Shown in pieces: positions 1 to 9,216 of a DNA stretch of 64,000 nucleotides. A program made the position numbers and the translations under genes. The stretch lies in IMG/VR virus record IMGVR_UViG_3300044675_002751, positions 24,090 through 88,089 of that record; one strand, given 5' to 3'. The notes beneath the pieces are model-generated. The model was not told where the DNA came from. It saw nothing but the letters and a program-made list of their open reading frames with translations, and made no database searches. This stretch comes from a virus. Numbering within the stretch: position 1 is the stretch's first letter; the number at the start of each line of letters is the position of its first letter.

Positions 1-1
1 A

Positions 2-361
2 AAGACCTTTAAGATGATACCGCTAACTAATGACTGTGTATATAATGAAGGTATATATGATGCTGAGAACAAAGTACTTGCCCTTGTAAGCAAAGAAAAA
101 AAGCAAAGCATGCATATGGTTGCCAAATTAGATGACTTTGGTGATGTAAAACCAATGAAGGTTGGACGCCGTACAAACGGTAAAGACTATGCAGAAGAAC
201 GGAAAACTCTAGAGACATACTATGAATATTACTTAGACAATCCTGAAGAGATTAAAGCTTTCATTAATATGATAGCTTTTAACTCTGACACGTTTGACGT
301 AGACCAATATCTTAAAGAGTCAGGTCTGACAATTGCAAGCAGCAGTATTGTAACTGTATAA
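2..361 (+). CDS. Hypothetical phage protein, probably 5'-truncated by the window edge
   Basis: Frame is open from base 2 (KTFK-MIP...). Followed by a terminator hairpin. Confidence 0.7.
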   Translation, partial: KTFKMIPLTNDCVYNEGIYDAENKVLALVSKEKKQSMHMVAKLDDFGDVKPMKVGRRTNGKDYAEERKTLETYYEYYLDNPEEIKAFINMIAFNSDTFDVDQYLKESGLTIASSSIVTV

Positions 362-386
362 ATCATTAGCCCTGTGGATAACCGTG

Positions 387-414
387 AAGAAGGCAGCAAG
401 AGTCTGCCTTTTTC
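387..414 (+). terminator. Rho-independent terminator
   Basis: AAGGCAG-caagagt-CTGCCTT followed by TTT, downstream of the first ORF. Confidence 0.65.
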
Positions 415-450
415 TAATTAAGGGGAACAGCTGAACTGAACACCTACAAT

Positions 451-2385
451 ATGTCACAAGCTATACACTGGGTAATGGACTACGAAACCATTTGCAACAC
501 GTTTGTTGCAGTATTCCAGCATTATAAAGATGACTCTGTCAGAAAAGTGTTTGTAATAAACAAAGACCAAAATGACATTGTTCCGTTTGTTAAATTCTTG
601 TCTGAATGTAAGACAAAGAATCAATGGCATATCTCTTATAACGGACTAGACTTTGACGCCCAGATCACCCAGCACATAATGAAGAATCAACCGCTTTATA
701 CAAAAATGTCAGGTGATAAGATAGCTGAAAAAATCTATGGATATGCTCAGGAAACTATAGCCCGAAAAAACCGGGGTGAGTTTGTAGAGTTTGCACCTTA
801 TAAGCTATGGATTAGACAGATAGATCTGTTTAGACTAAACCACTGGGACAATAAAGCCAAAAGTTCTTCTCTAAAATGGGTCCAGTATGCTATGGACTGG
901 GAGAATGTAGAAGAGATGCCTCATCACCATGCTGAACCTGTGACAGACAGTCACACTTTGCAGAATGTGATCAGTTATTGCATTAATGACGTTCTTTCTA
1001 CCAAACAGATCCTGGATCATTCTAAAGAGCAGATCAAGCTAAGACAGGTATTGACCAAAGAATACGGAATAGATCTCTATTCTGCATCAGAACCCCGTAT
1101 ATCTAAAGAACTATTCTTGTATTTTCTAGAAAAGAAGACTGGTATTGAAAAAGCAGAACTGAAACGCATGCGTACACCACGTACTCATATTGTTCTAGGG
1201 GACTGTATTCTTGACTATGTCAAGTTTGAAACTCCTGAAATGCAAAAGATGCTAGACTTCTTTCGTAAAACTGTAATCACATCTACTAAAGATGGATTTA
1301 AGTACAGAATGGAATACAAAGGAGTAAAGACTGATTACGGTTTAGGTGGACTCCACGGTGCAACAGACGCAGGTCTTTATGAAGCCAAACCAGGGTGGAC
1401 AATAATGACGTCTGACGTTACTAGTTTCTATCCTAATCTGGCTATCAAGAACGGCTTTGCACCTCAGCATTTACCTAAGAAAGAATTCCTGGATCTGTAC
1501 GAATGGTTCTTTGAAGAAAGAAAGAAAATTCCTAAAACTGATCCTAAGAACTATGTGTACAAGATTATTCTTAACAGTACGTATGGTCTTACTGGTGACG
1601 AGAATTCTTTTCTGTATGATCCTCGAATGACCATGCAGATTACAGTGAATGGTCAGCTGTTGCTCTCTATGTTATATGAGATGTTATCTCTAGCTATACC
1701 TGAAGCTGTACCTCTAATGCAGAACACAGATGGTTTAGAAATGATGATTCCTTCAGGATCTGTAGAAACTTATATGAAAGTGTGTGCTGAATGGGAAAAG
1801 ATGACCAAGCTTTCCCTGGAACATGACGAGTATAAGAAAATGATTATCCGTGACGTAAACAACTACATAGCAATCAACGTAAAAGATAAAGTTAAGTGTA
1901 AAGGTGCATTTGAGTGGGAAGACTTAGAGAAAAAGAAAGTAGCTACGTTCCATAAAAACAAGAGCTTCTTAATTATCCCCAAAGCTATCTACGCTTATTT
2001 TGTCAACGGTGTGCATCCAGAAGACTTTCTTAGAGACAACACCAATGTTATGGACTACTGTGCCGGTGTTAAATCTAAAGGATCTTGGTACTATGAAGAA
2101 CGTTATGTAGATAAAGGTGAGCTAAATGTCAACCGCCTGCAGAAGATAGTTAGATATTATGTATCTAAAAACGGAGGTAAAATTGTCAAGTGTCATCCAG
2201 ACGGAAGAGAAATCCAAGTGGAGTCTGGCAGCTGGCTACAAACTGTAGTCAACCAAATTGATCCTTCAGTTTCTATAGACCAATATGATATCAACTATAG
2301 TTACTATCTAGAAGAAATCAATAAACAGATACAAGGTATTGAGGTTTACAAACCTAAATCTATTACACAACTTTTACTTTTTTAA
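451..2385 (+). CDS. polB: Family B DNA polymerase, crAss-like, with 3'-5' exonuclease domain
   Basis: ExoI DYE, ExoII YNGLDFD, ExoIII YCIND; motif A SDVTSFYPN, motif B KIILNSTYG, motif C NTDG. Confidence 0.95.
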   Translation: MSQAIHWVMDYETICNTFVAVFQHYKDDSVRKVFVINKDQNDIVPFVKFLSECKTKNQWHISYNGLDFDAQITQHIMKNQPLYTKMSGDKIAEKIYGYAQETIARKNRGEFVEFAPYKLWIRQIDLFRLNHWDNKAKSSSLKWVQYAMDWENVEEMPHHHAEPVTDSHTLQNVISYCINDVLSTKQILDHSKEQIKLRQVLTKEYGIDLYSASEPRISKELFLYFLEKKTGIEKAELKRMRTPRTHIVLGDCILDYVKFETPEMQKMLDFFRKTVITSTKDGFKYRMEYKGVKTDYGLGGLHGATDAGLYEAKPGWTIMTSDVTSFYPNLAIKNGFAPQHLPKKEFLDLYEWFFEERKKIPKTDPKNYVYKIILNSTYGLTGDENSFLYDPRMTMQITVNGQLLLSMLYEMLSLAIPEAVPLMQNTDGLEMMIPSGSVETYMKVCAEWEKMTKLSLEHDEYKKMIIRDVNNYIAINVKDKVKCKGAFEWEDLEKKKVATFHKNKSFLIIPKAIYAYFVNGVHPEDFLRDNTNVMDYCAGVKSKGSWYYEERYVDKGELNVNRLQKIVRYYVSKNGGKIVKCHPDGREIQVESGSWLQTVVNQIDPSVSIDQYDINYSYYLEEINKQIQGIEVYKPKSITQLLLF

Positions 2386-2396
2386 CAAATAAGACT

Positions 2397-3257
2397 ATGC
2401 CTATTAAGACAAGCTTCGTTACAGCAGAAGCAATTAGAAACTTTGAACTTCCCCAACACGGGAAGTCTTACACTGTGATCCCTCATGGTCACGCTATAGA
2501 CGAAACGTATAAAGCATTACTTTCTACAGGTTTTAACCTAAAGAATGAAATGTACAAATGTACATTAGACGGGCAGGTTGCCCAAGGTATTTATCATCTT
2601 GATTATAGCAACGATCCTGACATGGGACTTATGTTTGTTTGGTCCAACTCATATGATAAAAGCATGAGTTTTAAATGTGCTGTAGGAGCACATGTGTTTG
2701 TATGCATGAACGGAATAGTAAGTGGAGACATGGCTAGTTTTGTCCGTAAACATACTGGTTCTGCACTTTATGATGCTGCTGTAAATATCAATGAGCAGCT
2801 TTTAAAAGCTAAAGAATACTTTGATGTACTTGTCCAGGACAAAGAAGAACTTAAAGATGTTATCCTTACGCAAAAAGAAAAAGGTACAATATTAGGAAGA
2901 CTCTTTGCAGAACAAGAAATTCTTACACTTACGCAGGTGGGTATTGTTAAGCGTGAGCTGGATAAACCATCTCATAATTACAACTGTAATCCTAACAGTG
3001 CATGGGCTATGTATAACCATGTAACCTTAGCACTAAAAGAATCTCATCCGCAGACGTTCCTGGAAGATCATGAAGTGCTTCATAGTTTCTTTATTAATGA
3101 GTATGGACAACTAAGCAAACCTTCTATAGTAGATCATCACGATGATAGAGAGTTTACAGAAGAAGCTATGGTGTCTCCATTTACACCAAATTATGAAGAA
3201 CAACCTGAAGATTTTGAGCTTGAGCCTGCTGGAGCCTTTGGTGTAACATTTATGTAA
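2397..3257 (+). CDS. DUF932-like protein with acidic C-terminal tail
   Basis: NSYDKSMS...GAHVFVCMNG, RKHTG and AWAMYNHVT motifs typical of DUF932. Confidence 0.7.
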   Translation: MPIKTSFVTAEAIRNFELPQHGKSYTVIPHGHAIDETYKALLSTGFNLKNEMYKCTLDGQVAQGIYHLDYSNDPDMGLMFVWSNSYDKSMSFKCAVGAHVFVCMNGIVSGDMASFVRKHTGSALYDAAVNINEQLLKAKEYFDVLVQDKEELKDVILTQKEKGTILGRLFAEQEILTLTQVGIVKRELDKPSHNYNCNPNSAWAMYNHVTLALKESHPQTFLEDHEVLHSFFINEYGQLSKPSIVDHHDDREFTEEAMVSPFTPNYEEQPEDFELEPAGAFGVTFM

Positions 3258-3263
3258 TTAATT

Positions 3264-3297
3264 AAGGAGCAGAAATTAGTGTCTGCTCCTTTTTATT
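3264..3297 (+). terminator. Rho-independent terminator
   Basis: AAGGAGCAGA...TCTGCTCCTT followed by a T-run. Confidence 0.75.
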
Positions 3298-3310
3298 TTC
3301 CCTATCCCAT

Positions 3311-3667
3311 ATGTCAGAACTGAGGAAAGATACTGTAGGAGAATTATTTATGAATCTCTTGCAACACATGAAGTGTATAGAAGTAAGATTAGATTATGCT
3401 AAAGCAGCTACTACTCAAAAACAAAAGTATGCTATTGATAATGCTGTAAGAAAAGTAAGAGTTGCTATTAATCATATATGTGATCTTTTAGGAGATAGTA
3501 ATCAAGTGATGATAGTAAAATCAGAGTTAGACAAGGTAGATCTGGTATATGTAATGGTATTAACTGAACAATTATTTTGTACACCAAAAGAAGACATGGA
3601 AAAAATAAGTGAAATGATTGACAAGTATTTATCTGATAAGTATGACTCACAAAACCCTGAAACATGA
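3311..3667 (+). CDS. Hypothetical helical protein
   Basis: 118-aa ORF with ATGA overlap to the next gene. Confidence 0.75.
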   Translation: MSELRKDTVGELFMNLLQHMKCIEVRLDYAKAATTQKQKYAIDNAVRKVRVAINHICDLLGDSNQVMIVKSELDKVDLVYVMVLTEQLFCTPKEDMEKISEMIDKYLSDKYDSQNPET

Positions 3668-4371
3668 TTATAGGAATTAACGGCTACTCAGGTAGCGGAA
3701 AAGACACTATTGGTAAGCTAATACAAATAATAACCTGTAAAAAAATTCCTGACGGCTATGATTTAGAAGAGCTAATAGCTTTCTACCATGTACAACATGA
3801 ATGGTGGCTGGAAGAAGAGTCTGGCTGGGAAATCAAGAAGTGGGCAGGTAAGTTAAAGACTATTGCTTCTCTTCTAACTGGCATTCCTGTACAGAAATTT
3901 GAAGACCAAGAGTTCAAGAAGACTAATCTGGGATCAGAATGGTCTACGTGGATACCTTATGAGAGTGACTCTCCTTGGATAGCAGAAGGAGAAAAAGCAG
4001 AGATGCGTATGACAGTGAGAGACTTCTTACAAAAACTTGGTACAGAAGGATTACGTACAGGTCTTCATGAAAACACTTGGGTAAACGCCCTGATGGCTGA
4101 CTACCAACCGCTAGGTTATGACCCACTTACAGAAGCAGAAATATATCCTAACTGGATCATAACCGACACCCGGTTTCCTAATGAAGCTAAAGCTATCAAG
4201 GATGCAGGTGGTATCATTATCCGTGTAGATCGTCCTGGAGTTAGTGCAATAAATGCACACCCTTCTGAAACAGGACTGGACAACTGGGACTTTGATCACA
4301 AGATCATGAACGGTTCTGATTTAGTTTCTCTAATGTTTACAGTGCACAATATTCTTAAAAAGAAAAAATAG
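3664..4371 (+). CDS. Deoxynucleoside monophosphate kinase (T4 gp1-like)
   Basis: P-loop GYSGSGKDT, LQKLGTEGLR, ITDTRFPNE, HPSE. Confidence 0.9.
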   Translation: MIIGINGYSGSGKDTIGKLIQIITCKKIPDGYDLEELIAFYHVQHEWWLEEESGWEIKKWAGKLKTIASLLTGIPVQKFEDQEFKKTNLGSEWSTWIPYESDSPWIAEGEKAEMRMTVRDFLQKLGTEGLRTGLHENTWVNALMADYQPLGYDPLTEAEIYPNWIITDTRFPNEAKAIKDAGGIIIRVDRPGVSAINAHPSETGLDNWDFDHKIMNGSDLVSLMFTVHNILKKKK

Positions 4372-4375
4372 CAGA

Positions 4376-4726
4376 ATGATTACAGATGATAGATGTCAAT
4401 GGGCAATTGATAATAATTTAAGTAATCCAAATTGCCATAAAGATTTCTGTGCTTGTAGCAAAAGATCATTATCTCTTGCTAAAACAAAAAGTAATGATAG
4501 AAAGTGGACAATATTTGAAAATGCTTGTAAAGAGCTTGACAAAAAAGGTATCCCTTATAAACAGATCGGCTCAACAAGAAATATTCTAATAGGAAATATT
4601 ATGACCTTCTATACCCTAGATAATGAATTTACATTTAAAGGTAATAACAAAAGATATTCTTTAGGTAACAAGAAAAAAGCTTATGAATTTATTGAACGTA
4701 TTGTGAAACAATACAATTTAATATGA
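4376..4726 (+). CDS. Hypothetical protein
   Basis: 116-aa AT-rich ORF in the operon with ATGA overlap downstream. Confidence 0.65.
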   Translation: MITDDRCQWAIDNNLSNPNCHKDFCACSKRSLSLAKTKSNDRKWTIFENACKELDKKGIPYKQIGSTRNILIGNIMTFYTLDNEFTFKGNNKRYSLGNKKKAYEFIERIVKQYNLI

Positions 4727-5577
4727 AAATAATTAAACAAAAAACCAAGACATTAATCACTCGTGACAACGGAAGAAGTTCTGATGCTATCAGTCCAAAC
4801 TTTATATACGGGTGCCTAGGTGGTTGCATGTCTTCCTATTGTTATGTAGGAAGATACAACCATGACCGAGTATATGTTAATGAAAATACTGATGATGTAT
4901 TACACTCTGTAAACAAATGGATTGGTAAACAATCCTGGCCTAAGACACCTAACCAAGTAGACGAAAAATATTACACTATAGATATTGGCTGCAGTACAGA
5001 TGTTCCCCTGATGCGTAAACATTACAACTGGCAGGAGGTATTTGACTACTTCAGCTTCAAAGACTCCATGGCCAAGAGCACATTTGCTACTAAGTATCCT
5101 ACAATGTTTTTACCTATGAAGTATGATCTAGACAAAGCCAAACACAGAATCAGGGTGAGTTTAATGCCTCAGGAGTATTCTGATGTCCTGGAACCAGGTA
5201 CAGATAAGATAACTGCACGCATAGAAGAGATACCTAAGCTAATGGAGCATTTAGAAGTACATATTAACTTCTCACCTATTATTTATGCTGAAAACTGGCT
5301 TGCCAAATACAGAAGTTTGTTTGAACAAATAAAAGCTTCAGGCATAGACACCAAGTGTGAATGTATCTTCTTAACCCATAACATCCACCAGCATGAGCGT
5401 AACTCTCAGCCTGTCCGTAATTTAATATGGCGTCCTGATATACAAGAAGCTAAAGACTCTCAGTATGCTCCTGATAATATCCGTTACAAGTGGCAGATTA
5501 AACAACAGATGATACAAGACTTTACCAACCTGTACTCAGAATTCTTTAACCCGGCTGGTATCCGATACATTTTTTAA
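4723..5577 (+). CDS. Spore photoproduct lyase-family radical SAM protein
   Basis: NGRSSD..GCLGGCMSSYCY cluster motif, DIGCSTD, FATK, RIRVSLMP, VHINFSPII, FLTHN. Confidence 0.85.
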   Translation: MKIIKQKTKTLITRDNGRSSDAISPNFIYGCLGGCMSSYCYVGRYNHDRVYVNENTDDVLHSVNKWIGKQSWPKTPNQVDEKYYTIDIGCSTDVPLMRKHYNWQEVFDYFSFKDSMAKSTFATKYPTMFLPMKYDLDKAKHRIRVSLMPQEYSDVLEPGTDKITARIEEIPKLMEHLEVHINFSPIIYAENWLAKYRSLFEQIKASGIDTKCECIFLTHNIHQHERNSQPVRNLIWRPDIQEAKDSQYAPDNIRYKWQIKQQMIQDFTNLYSEFFNPAGIRYIF

Positions 5578-5588
5578 CTCTTTCCAAA

Positions 5589-5837
5589 ATGGAAACAACT
5601 CAAACTATAAAACAACAGACACCCGTAGAACGCTTGGCTGATTATATCCGGTCTCGTTATGAAACTAACCAGGTTTTTGAAAACCTAGTGGACAATCTTA
5701 TAGAAAAAGAAAAAAGAAATATCATAGAAGCCATCATCTACGCTTTAGATGAAGATGGGCATACTGGTGATTGGAAAATCAAGTTTGCTAAAGACTACTA
5801 TACCAAACATTATGAAAAAACTATACAAATATCTTAA
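5589..5837 (+). CDS. Hypothetical protein
   Basis: 82-aa ORF in the operon. Confidence 0.7.
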   Translation: METTQTIKQQTPVERLADYIRSRYETNQVFENLVDNLIEKEKRNIIEAIIYALDEDGHTGDWKIKFAKDYYTKHYEKTIQIS

Positions 5838-5892
5838 GTGGTTAGAAGAGTATAGACTCACTCTTATGGAAAGAACAGGTAGAGGTTATTAA
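5812..5892 (+). CDS. Small hypothetical peptide (26 aa, MKKLYKYLKWLEEYRLTLMERTGRGY)
   Basis: Translated manually; fills the gap between neighbouring genes. Confidence 0.45.
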   Translation: MKKLYKYLKWLEEYRLTLMERTGRGY

Positions 5893-5902
5893 ATCTTACG
5901 TT

Positions 5903-6595
5903 ATGAAAATACTCCACATATCAGACACTCATGGTTTTCACGGAATGTTCCCTGACGAACGCTTTAAAGATATAGATGTAGTCATACACTCTGGTGACTG
6001 CTCTAACTGGAGAGATCCGTATCGTAATGAGCCTGAAGTGAGAAACTTCATTGAGTGGTATAAGAATGTACAGGTCAAGCATAAGATCTATGTAGCAGGT
6101 AATCATGATACATCTATTGAAAGACGTATGGTTACTCCTGGAGACTTTGCAGCAGCTGGTATCATCTACTTGGAAAACGAAGCAACTATTATTGACGGTA
6201 TCAAGTTTTGGGGCTCTCCTATCACACCTACGTTTAATGATTGGGCTTTCATGAAAAAGCGGGAGAAAATCAATCTTGTTTGGCAGATGATACCAGAAGA
6301 TACAGACGTACTTATTACACATGGTCCACCTAAAGGTGTCAGAGATTTATCTTTTGACAGATATGGTGAGTTAGAAATGTGTGGCTGCTCAGCTCTCATG
6401 AAACGTTGCTATGCTCTAAAAGATACACTAAAACTAGTATGCTTTGGGCATATCCATAATATGGACGGTGTTGACACAAATCAAGGAGTATCTCATTACT
6501 CTCGTGTTGATACAATCTACTCCAATGGTGCATGTGTATATGACGGTAAATATGACCTTGGACTTACTTCTCACGGAAACATCATTACATTATGA
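5903..6595 (+). CDS. Calcineurin-like metallophosphoesterase
   Basis: SDTHG, HSGD, GNHD, THGPP, FGHIH motifs. Confidence 0.92.
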   Translation: MKILHISDTHGFHGMFPDERFKDIDVVIHSGDCSNWRDPYRNEPEVRNFIEWYKNVQVKHKIYVAGNHDTSIERRMVTPGDFAAAGIIYLENEATIIDGIKFWGSPITPTFNDWAFMKKREKINLVWQMIPEDTDVLITHGPPKGVRDLSFDRYGELEMCGCSALMKRCYALKDTLKLVCFGHIHNMDGVDTNQGVSHYSRVDTIYSNGACVYDGKYDLGLTSHGNIITL

Positions 6596-6762
6596 ATTAC
6601 AAATCTCTTCCTGAACAGCTTACTTCTTGGATCTATGGTAAAAAGTCCAAAAAGAAAAGCAAGAAAACAAAAACTAGTCCCTGGGCAAAAAAGCATCCCG
6701 GGTTGCGTAAACTAAAAATAACAATAGAAGATTATAACAATCTGTATGGAAAAGATAAATAG
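6592..6762 (+). CDS. Small Lys-rich hypothetical protein (56 aa)
   Basis: Translated manually (MNYKSLPEQ...KKSKKKSKKTK...GKDK); ATGA overlap with the upstream stop. Confidence 0.55.
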   Translation: MNYKSLPEQLTSWIYGKKSKKKSKKTKTSPWAKKHPGLRKLKITIEDYNNLYGKDK

Positions 6763-6964
6763 ACGAAACATCAGTGGCATCTACATCTTCCACAAGTTTG
6801 ATGAAGATGAAAGACGTGAACCCACATGCTTTGAAGACTGCCCCGAATCTAAACAAGATGAGTGGCTTAATTCCCTTGACGCTGAAGGTGTCAAGAACCT
6901 AGCTAAAATGTTAGGTAATACAATTAGATCTATTGCAGACCAATTAGACTTATATGGAAACTAG
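6746..6964 (+). CDS. Hypothetical protein
   Basis: 72-aa ORF overlapping both neighbours. Confidence 0.7.
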   Translation: MEKINRRNISGIYIFHKFDEDERREPTCFEDCPESKQDEWLNSLDAEGVKNLAKMLGNTIRSIADQLDLYGN

Positions 6965-7199
6965 ACCTCGTATTTCAAAGACAGAAGAGCTGTTTATCTT
7001 TTACAAAAGAGGCACAGCAGGCAGCGGGTTCACCGCACTTATAGACGCTATATTCAAACTTGATAGACCTAACCGGGCTAAAATAGCTCTGGGTTATCCT
7101 GAACTAGTTGAGGTTTGTAATCGGTACAATGACGAAACAGGGTACTGGGAAGATCTTCAACAAAGATTTAAAGAAACTGCTCATGCTATAAATTTCTAA
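6954..7199 (+). CDS. Hypothetical protein
   Basis: 81-aa ORF (GSGFTALIDAIFKLD..NRAKIALGYPE). Confidence 0.7.
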   Translation: METRPRISKTEELFIFYKRGTAGSGFTALIDAIFKLDRPNRAKIALGYPELVEVCNRYNDETGYWEDLQQRFKETAHAINF

Positions 7200-7210
7200 A
7201 TCTAAATGTT

Positions 7211-7438
7211 ATGAAAGACTGTTGTGTTATCTGTAGTAACGAAACCCTCTATGATTTTACGGACCACATTGATATGCGGTACGGATACATAGAAGGTCTT
7301 GGTCAGCTATGTATAGACTGCTTTACTGGAAAAAGTAAATCTGTTCAGATACCAATTAAGTTGGTAAAAGACACACCAAATGATATGGAACTTGGAAACA
7401 AAGTCCGTAGAATGTACTGGGAAAATGGGGAACATTAA
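7211..7438 (+). CDS. Small putative Zn-binding protein
   Basis: CxxC...YIEGLGQLCxxC and TPNDMELG motifs. Confidence 0.7.
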   Translation: MKDCCVICSNETLYDFTDHIDMRYGYIEGLGQLCIDCFTGKSKSVQIPIKLVKDTPNDMELGNKVRRMYWENGEH

Positions 7439-7456
7439 GTTCTCCATTTTCTTTTT
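7421..7456 (+). terminator. Probable terminator hairpin spanning the stop codon
   Basis: GAAAATGGGGAAC-attaa-GTTCTCCATTTTC followed by TTTTT. Confidence 0.55.
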
Positions 7457-7484
7457 GTAGACTTTGGAAAGTTCTCTAACTTTA
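7454..7484 (+). promoter_or_regulatory. Putative Bacteroidota housekeeping-sigma promoter
   Basis: TTTG (7454-7457), 19-nt spacer, TAACTTTA (7477-7484); one mismatch to TTTG-N19-21-TAnnTTTG. Confidence 0.45.
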
Positions 7485-7507
7485 CAAAACCTAACCCCCT
7501 ATAACAA

Positions 7508-7780
7508 ATGTTGCAAAGAATAAGTGTGAACCAGACGGGTGATAATACTTGTATAAAAGTTTATAACCCTGCAGAACAAAAGTTAATAGCTGTATTTGAA
7601 AACTATAAAAAAGCTGGTAATAAACTAGGAATTAGTGCTGCCCTTGTACAACATGCCTGTGTAAAAAAAGGTAGAGCGTACTGCCCTCTTATTGGTATGG
7701 AAGTAGCATTAAGATTATCTGCTATTAAAGAAGGAGATGATGACCGGATTTCTATTTGTAATAAAAAAACTCTCTTATGA
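7508..7780 (+). CDS. Hypothetical protein, possibly NUMOD1-like HTH
   Basis: IKVY...LIAVFENYKKAGNKLGIS...C pattern resembles NUMOD1. Confidence 0.55.
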   Translation: MLQRISVNQTGDNTCIKVYNPAEQKLIAVFENYKKAGNKLGISAALVQHACVKKGRAYCPLIGMEVALRLSAIKEGDDDRISICNKKTLL

Positions 7781-7881
7781 AAAAGTATGATTGGGTAACA
7801 TCAGTTACGTGGTCATCAATACTGCTTATATCATCAGCAGTATGGTACTACATGCTTACTTGTATAATCTATAAACTATGA
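7777..7881 (+). CDS. Small membrane peptide (34 aa)
   Basis: Translated manually; ATGA overlaps at both ends; hydrophobic core. Confidence 0.55.
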   Translation: MKKYDWVTSVTWSSILLISSAVWYYMLTCIIYKL

Positions 7882-8288
7882 AAGTATCTTTTGATTTTGA
7901 CGGCACCCTGGAGTTTCAAAATGTCCAGAAATATGCCAAGCAGCTTCTTGAACAAGGAGTTGAAGTGTGGGTGGTTACCACCAGGTGGGATGAAAACCAC
8001 AAACATAAATACCCCATGAACGCCACACTGGACGATCTCTGGGAAGTAGTTGACAGAATAGGTATACCAAGACATCAGGTAAGGTTTACCTGCATGGAGT
8101 GGAAGCACACTTATCTAAAAGGGACCAACTTTATTTGGCACCTTGATGACAATGAAACAGAGTTTGATCATGCTAGAAAAAATCAATGCAACGTACCCAT
8201 GGTATCTGTAGACATGAACGGCTGGCAAGATAAATGTGATAGGTTACTAGAAGAGCGTATAAATCAAAATCAAACTACTGCATCATGA
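7878..8288 (+). CDS. HAD-superfamily hydrolase-like protein
   Basis: Motif I VSFDFDGTL, VVTTR, K, HLDD. Confidence 0.8.
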   Translation: MKVSFDFDGTLEFQNVQKYAKQLLEQGVEVWVVTTRWDENHKHKYPMNATLDDLWEVVDRIGIPRHQVRFTCMEWKHTYLKGTNFIWHLDDNETEFDHARKNQCNVPMVSVDMNGWQDKCDRLLEERINQNQTTAS

Positions 8289-8452
8289 CTATGAAACGAT
8301 TATCTACAGGATTATTTATCCTATTTGGAGCTGCGGCTGCTTATGATTATTACAACTGTGGCACTACAGCAGCTGCCTGGGGCGTACTAGCTATCACAGC
8401 TTTTGGCTTCTGGATGGAAAGCACTATTAAAGAACATCTTAAAAAACAGTAA
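8285..8452 (+). CDS. Small membrane protein with two hydrophobic segments (55 aa)
   Basis: Translated manually; ATGA overlap upstream and TAATG overlap with thyX. Confidence 0.6.
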   Translation: MTMKRLSTGLFILFGAAAAYDYYNCGTTAAAWGVLAITAFGFWMESTIKEHLKKQ

Positions 8453-9216
8453 TGAGTAACACTGTAGAACTGTTAGGATACTACGGAGGAGACAAAGAAC
8501 ATGCAATGAGTGCATGGACTTCTACCAGCCGTGATTACAAAAGCAAGAAAGAACGCATGCCAGGTTTGCTAAAAATGTTAGCATCAGAGGGACATCACAC
8601 TCCCTTTGAAAAGAGTACGTTGCATTTTCTGGTCAACACAGACATTGCTACGCACATCCACCTCATTAAACACAGGGTGGGTGTATCGGTCAACGCTGAG
8701 TCAGCTCGATATAAAGAGCTCAAGGAAGATAAGTTTTATATTCCTGAAGACTGGACATTAGTAAGCAGATTTGATGACGTCTATTTGAATGATGATGACG
8801 CAGAACCTACTACAGCACTTAATAAAACTCGGTGCTATGAATATGATAGTGCATTAAACGCACTTCTTGAAGATGCTGATAGTTCAGAACAAAGTGAAAC
8901 GTGGCATGGACTATTAGAAGCATATACTAAACTAGGTAACAAATTGTACCATGCTGCTCTTGAAGATTTAACACCTGTTTTGGGACGCAAGCGTGCTAAA
9001 GAGTCCGCCAGATTCTTTAAGACCTACAACTCTCAGATTTGTGCTGATGTACAGTTTAACTTCCGCAGCTTTATGCATTTCCAGGGTTTACGCAACTCTG
9101 AGCATGCTCAATTGGAAGTTAGAGAAGTAGCTCAGCAAATGCTGAAGCTTGTACAAGACATCCCAGGTAATCCATTTATACAATCACTTAAAGCTTTTGG
9201 TTATGATTCTCAGTGA
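8452..9216 (+). CDS. thyX: Flavin-dependent thymidylate synthase
   Basis: GHHTPFE, KHRVGVSVNAESARY signature, NFRSFMHF..LR..HAQLEVR. Confidence 0.92.
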   Translation: MSNTVELLGYYGGDKEHAMSAWTSTSRDYKSKKERMPGLLKMLASEGHHTPFEKSTLHFLVNTDIATHIHLIKHRVGVSVNAESARYKELKEDKFYIPEDWTLVSRFDDVYLNDDDAEPTTALNKTRCYEYDSALNALLEDADSSEQSETWHGLLEAYTKLGNKLYHAALEDLTPVLGRKRAKESARFFKTYNSQICADVQFNFRSFMHFQGLRNSEHAQLEVREVAQQMLKLVQDIPGNPFIQSLKAFGYDSQ

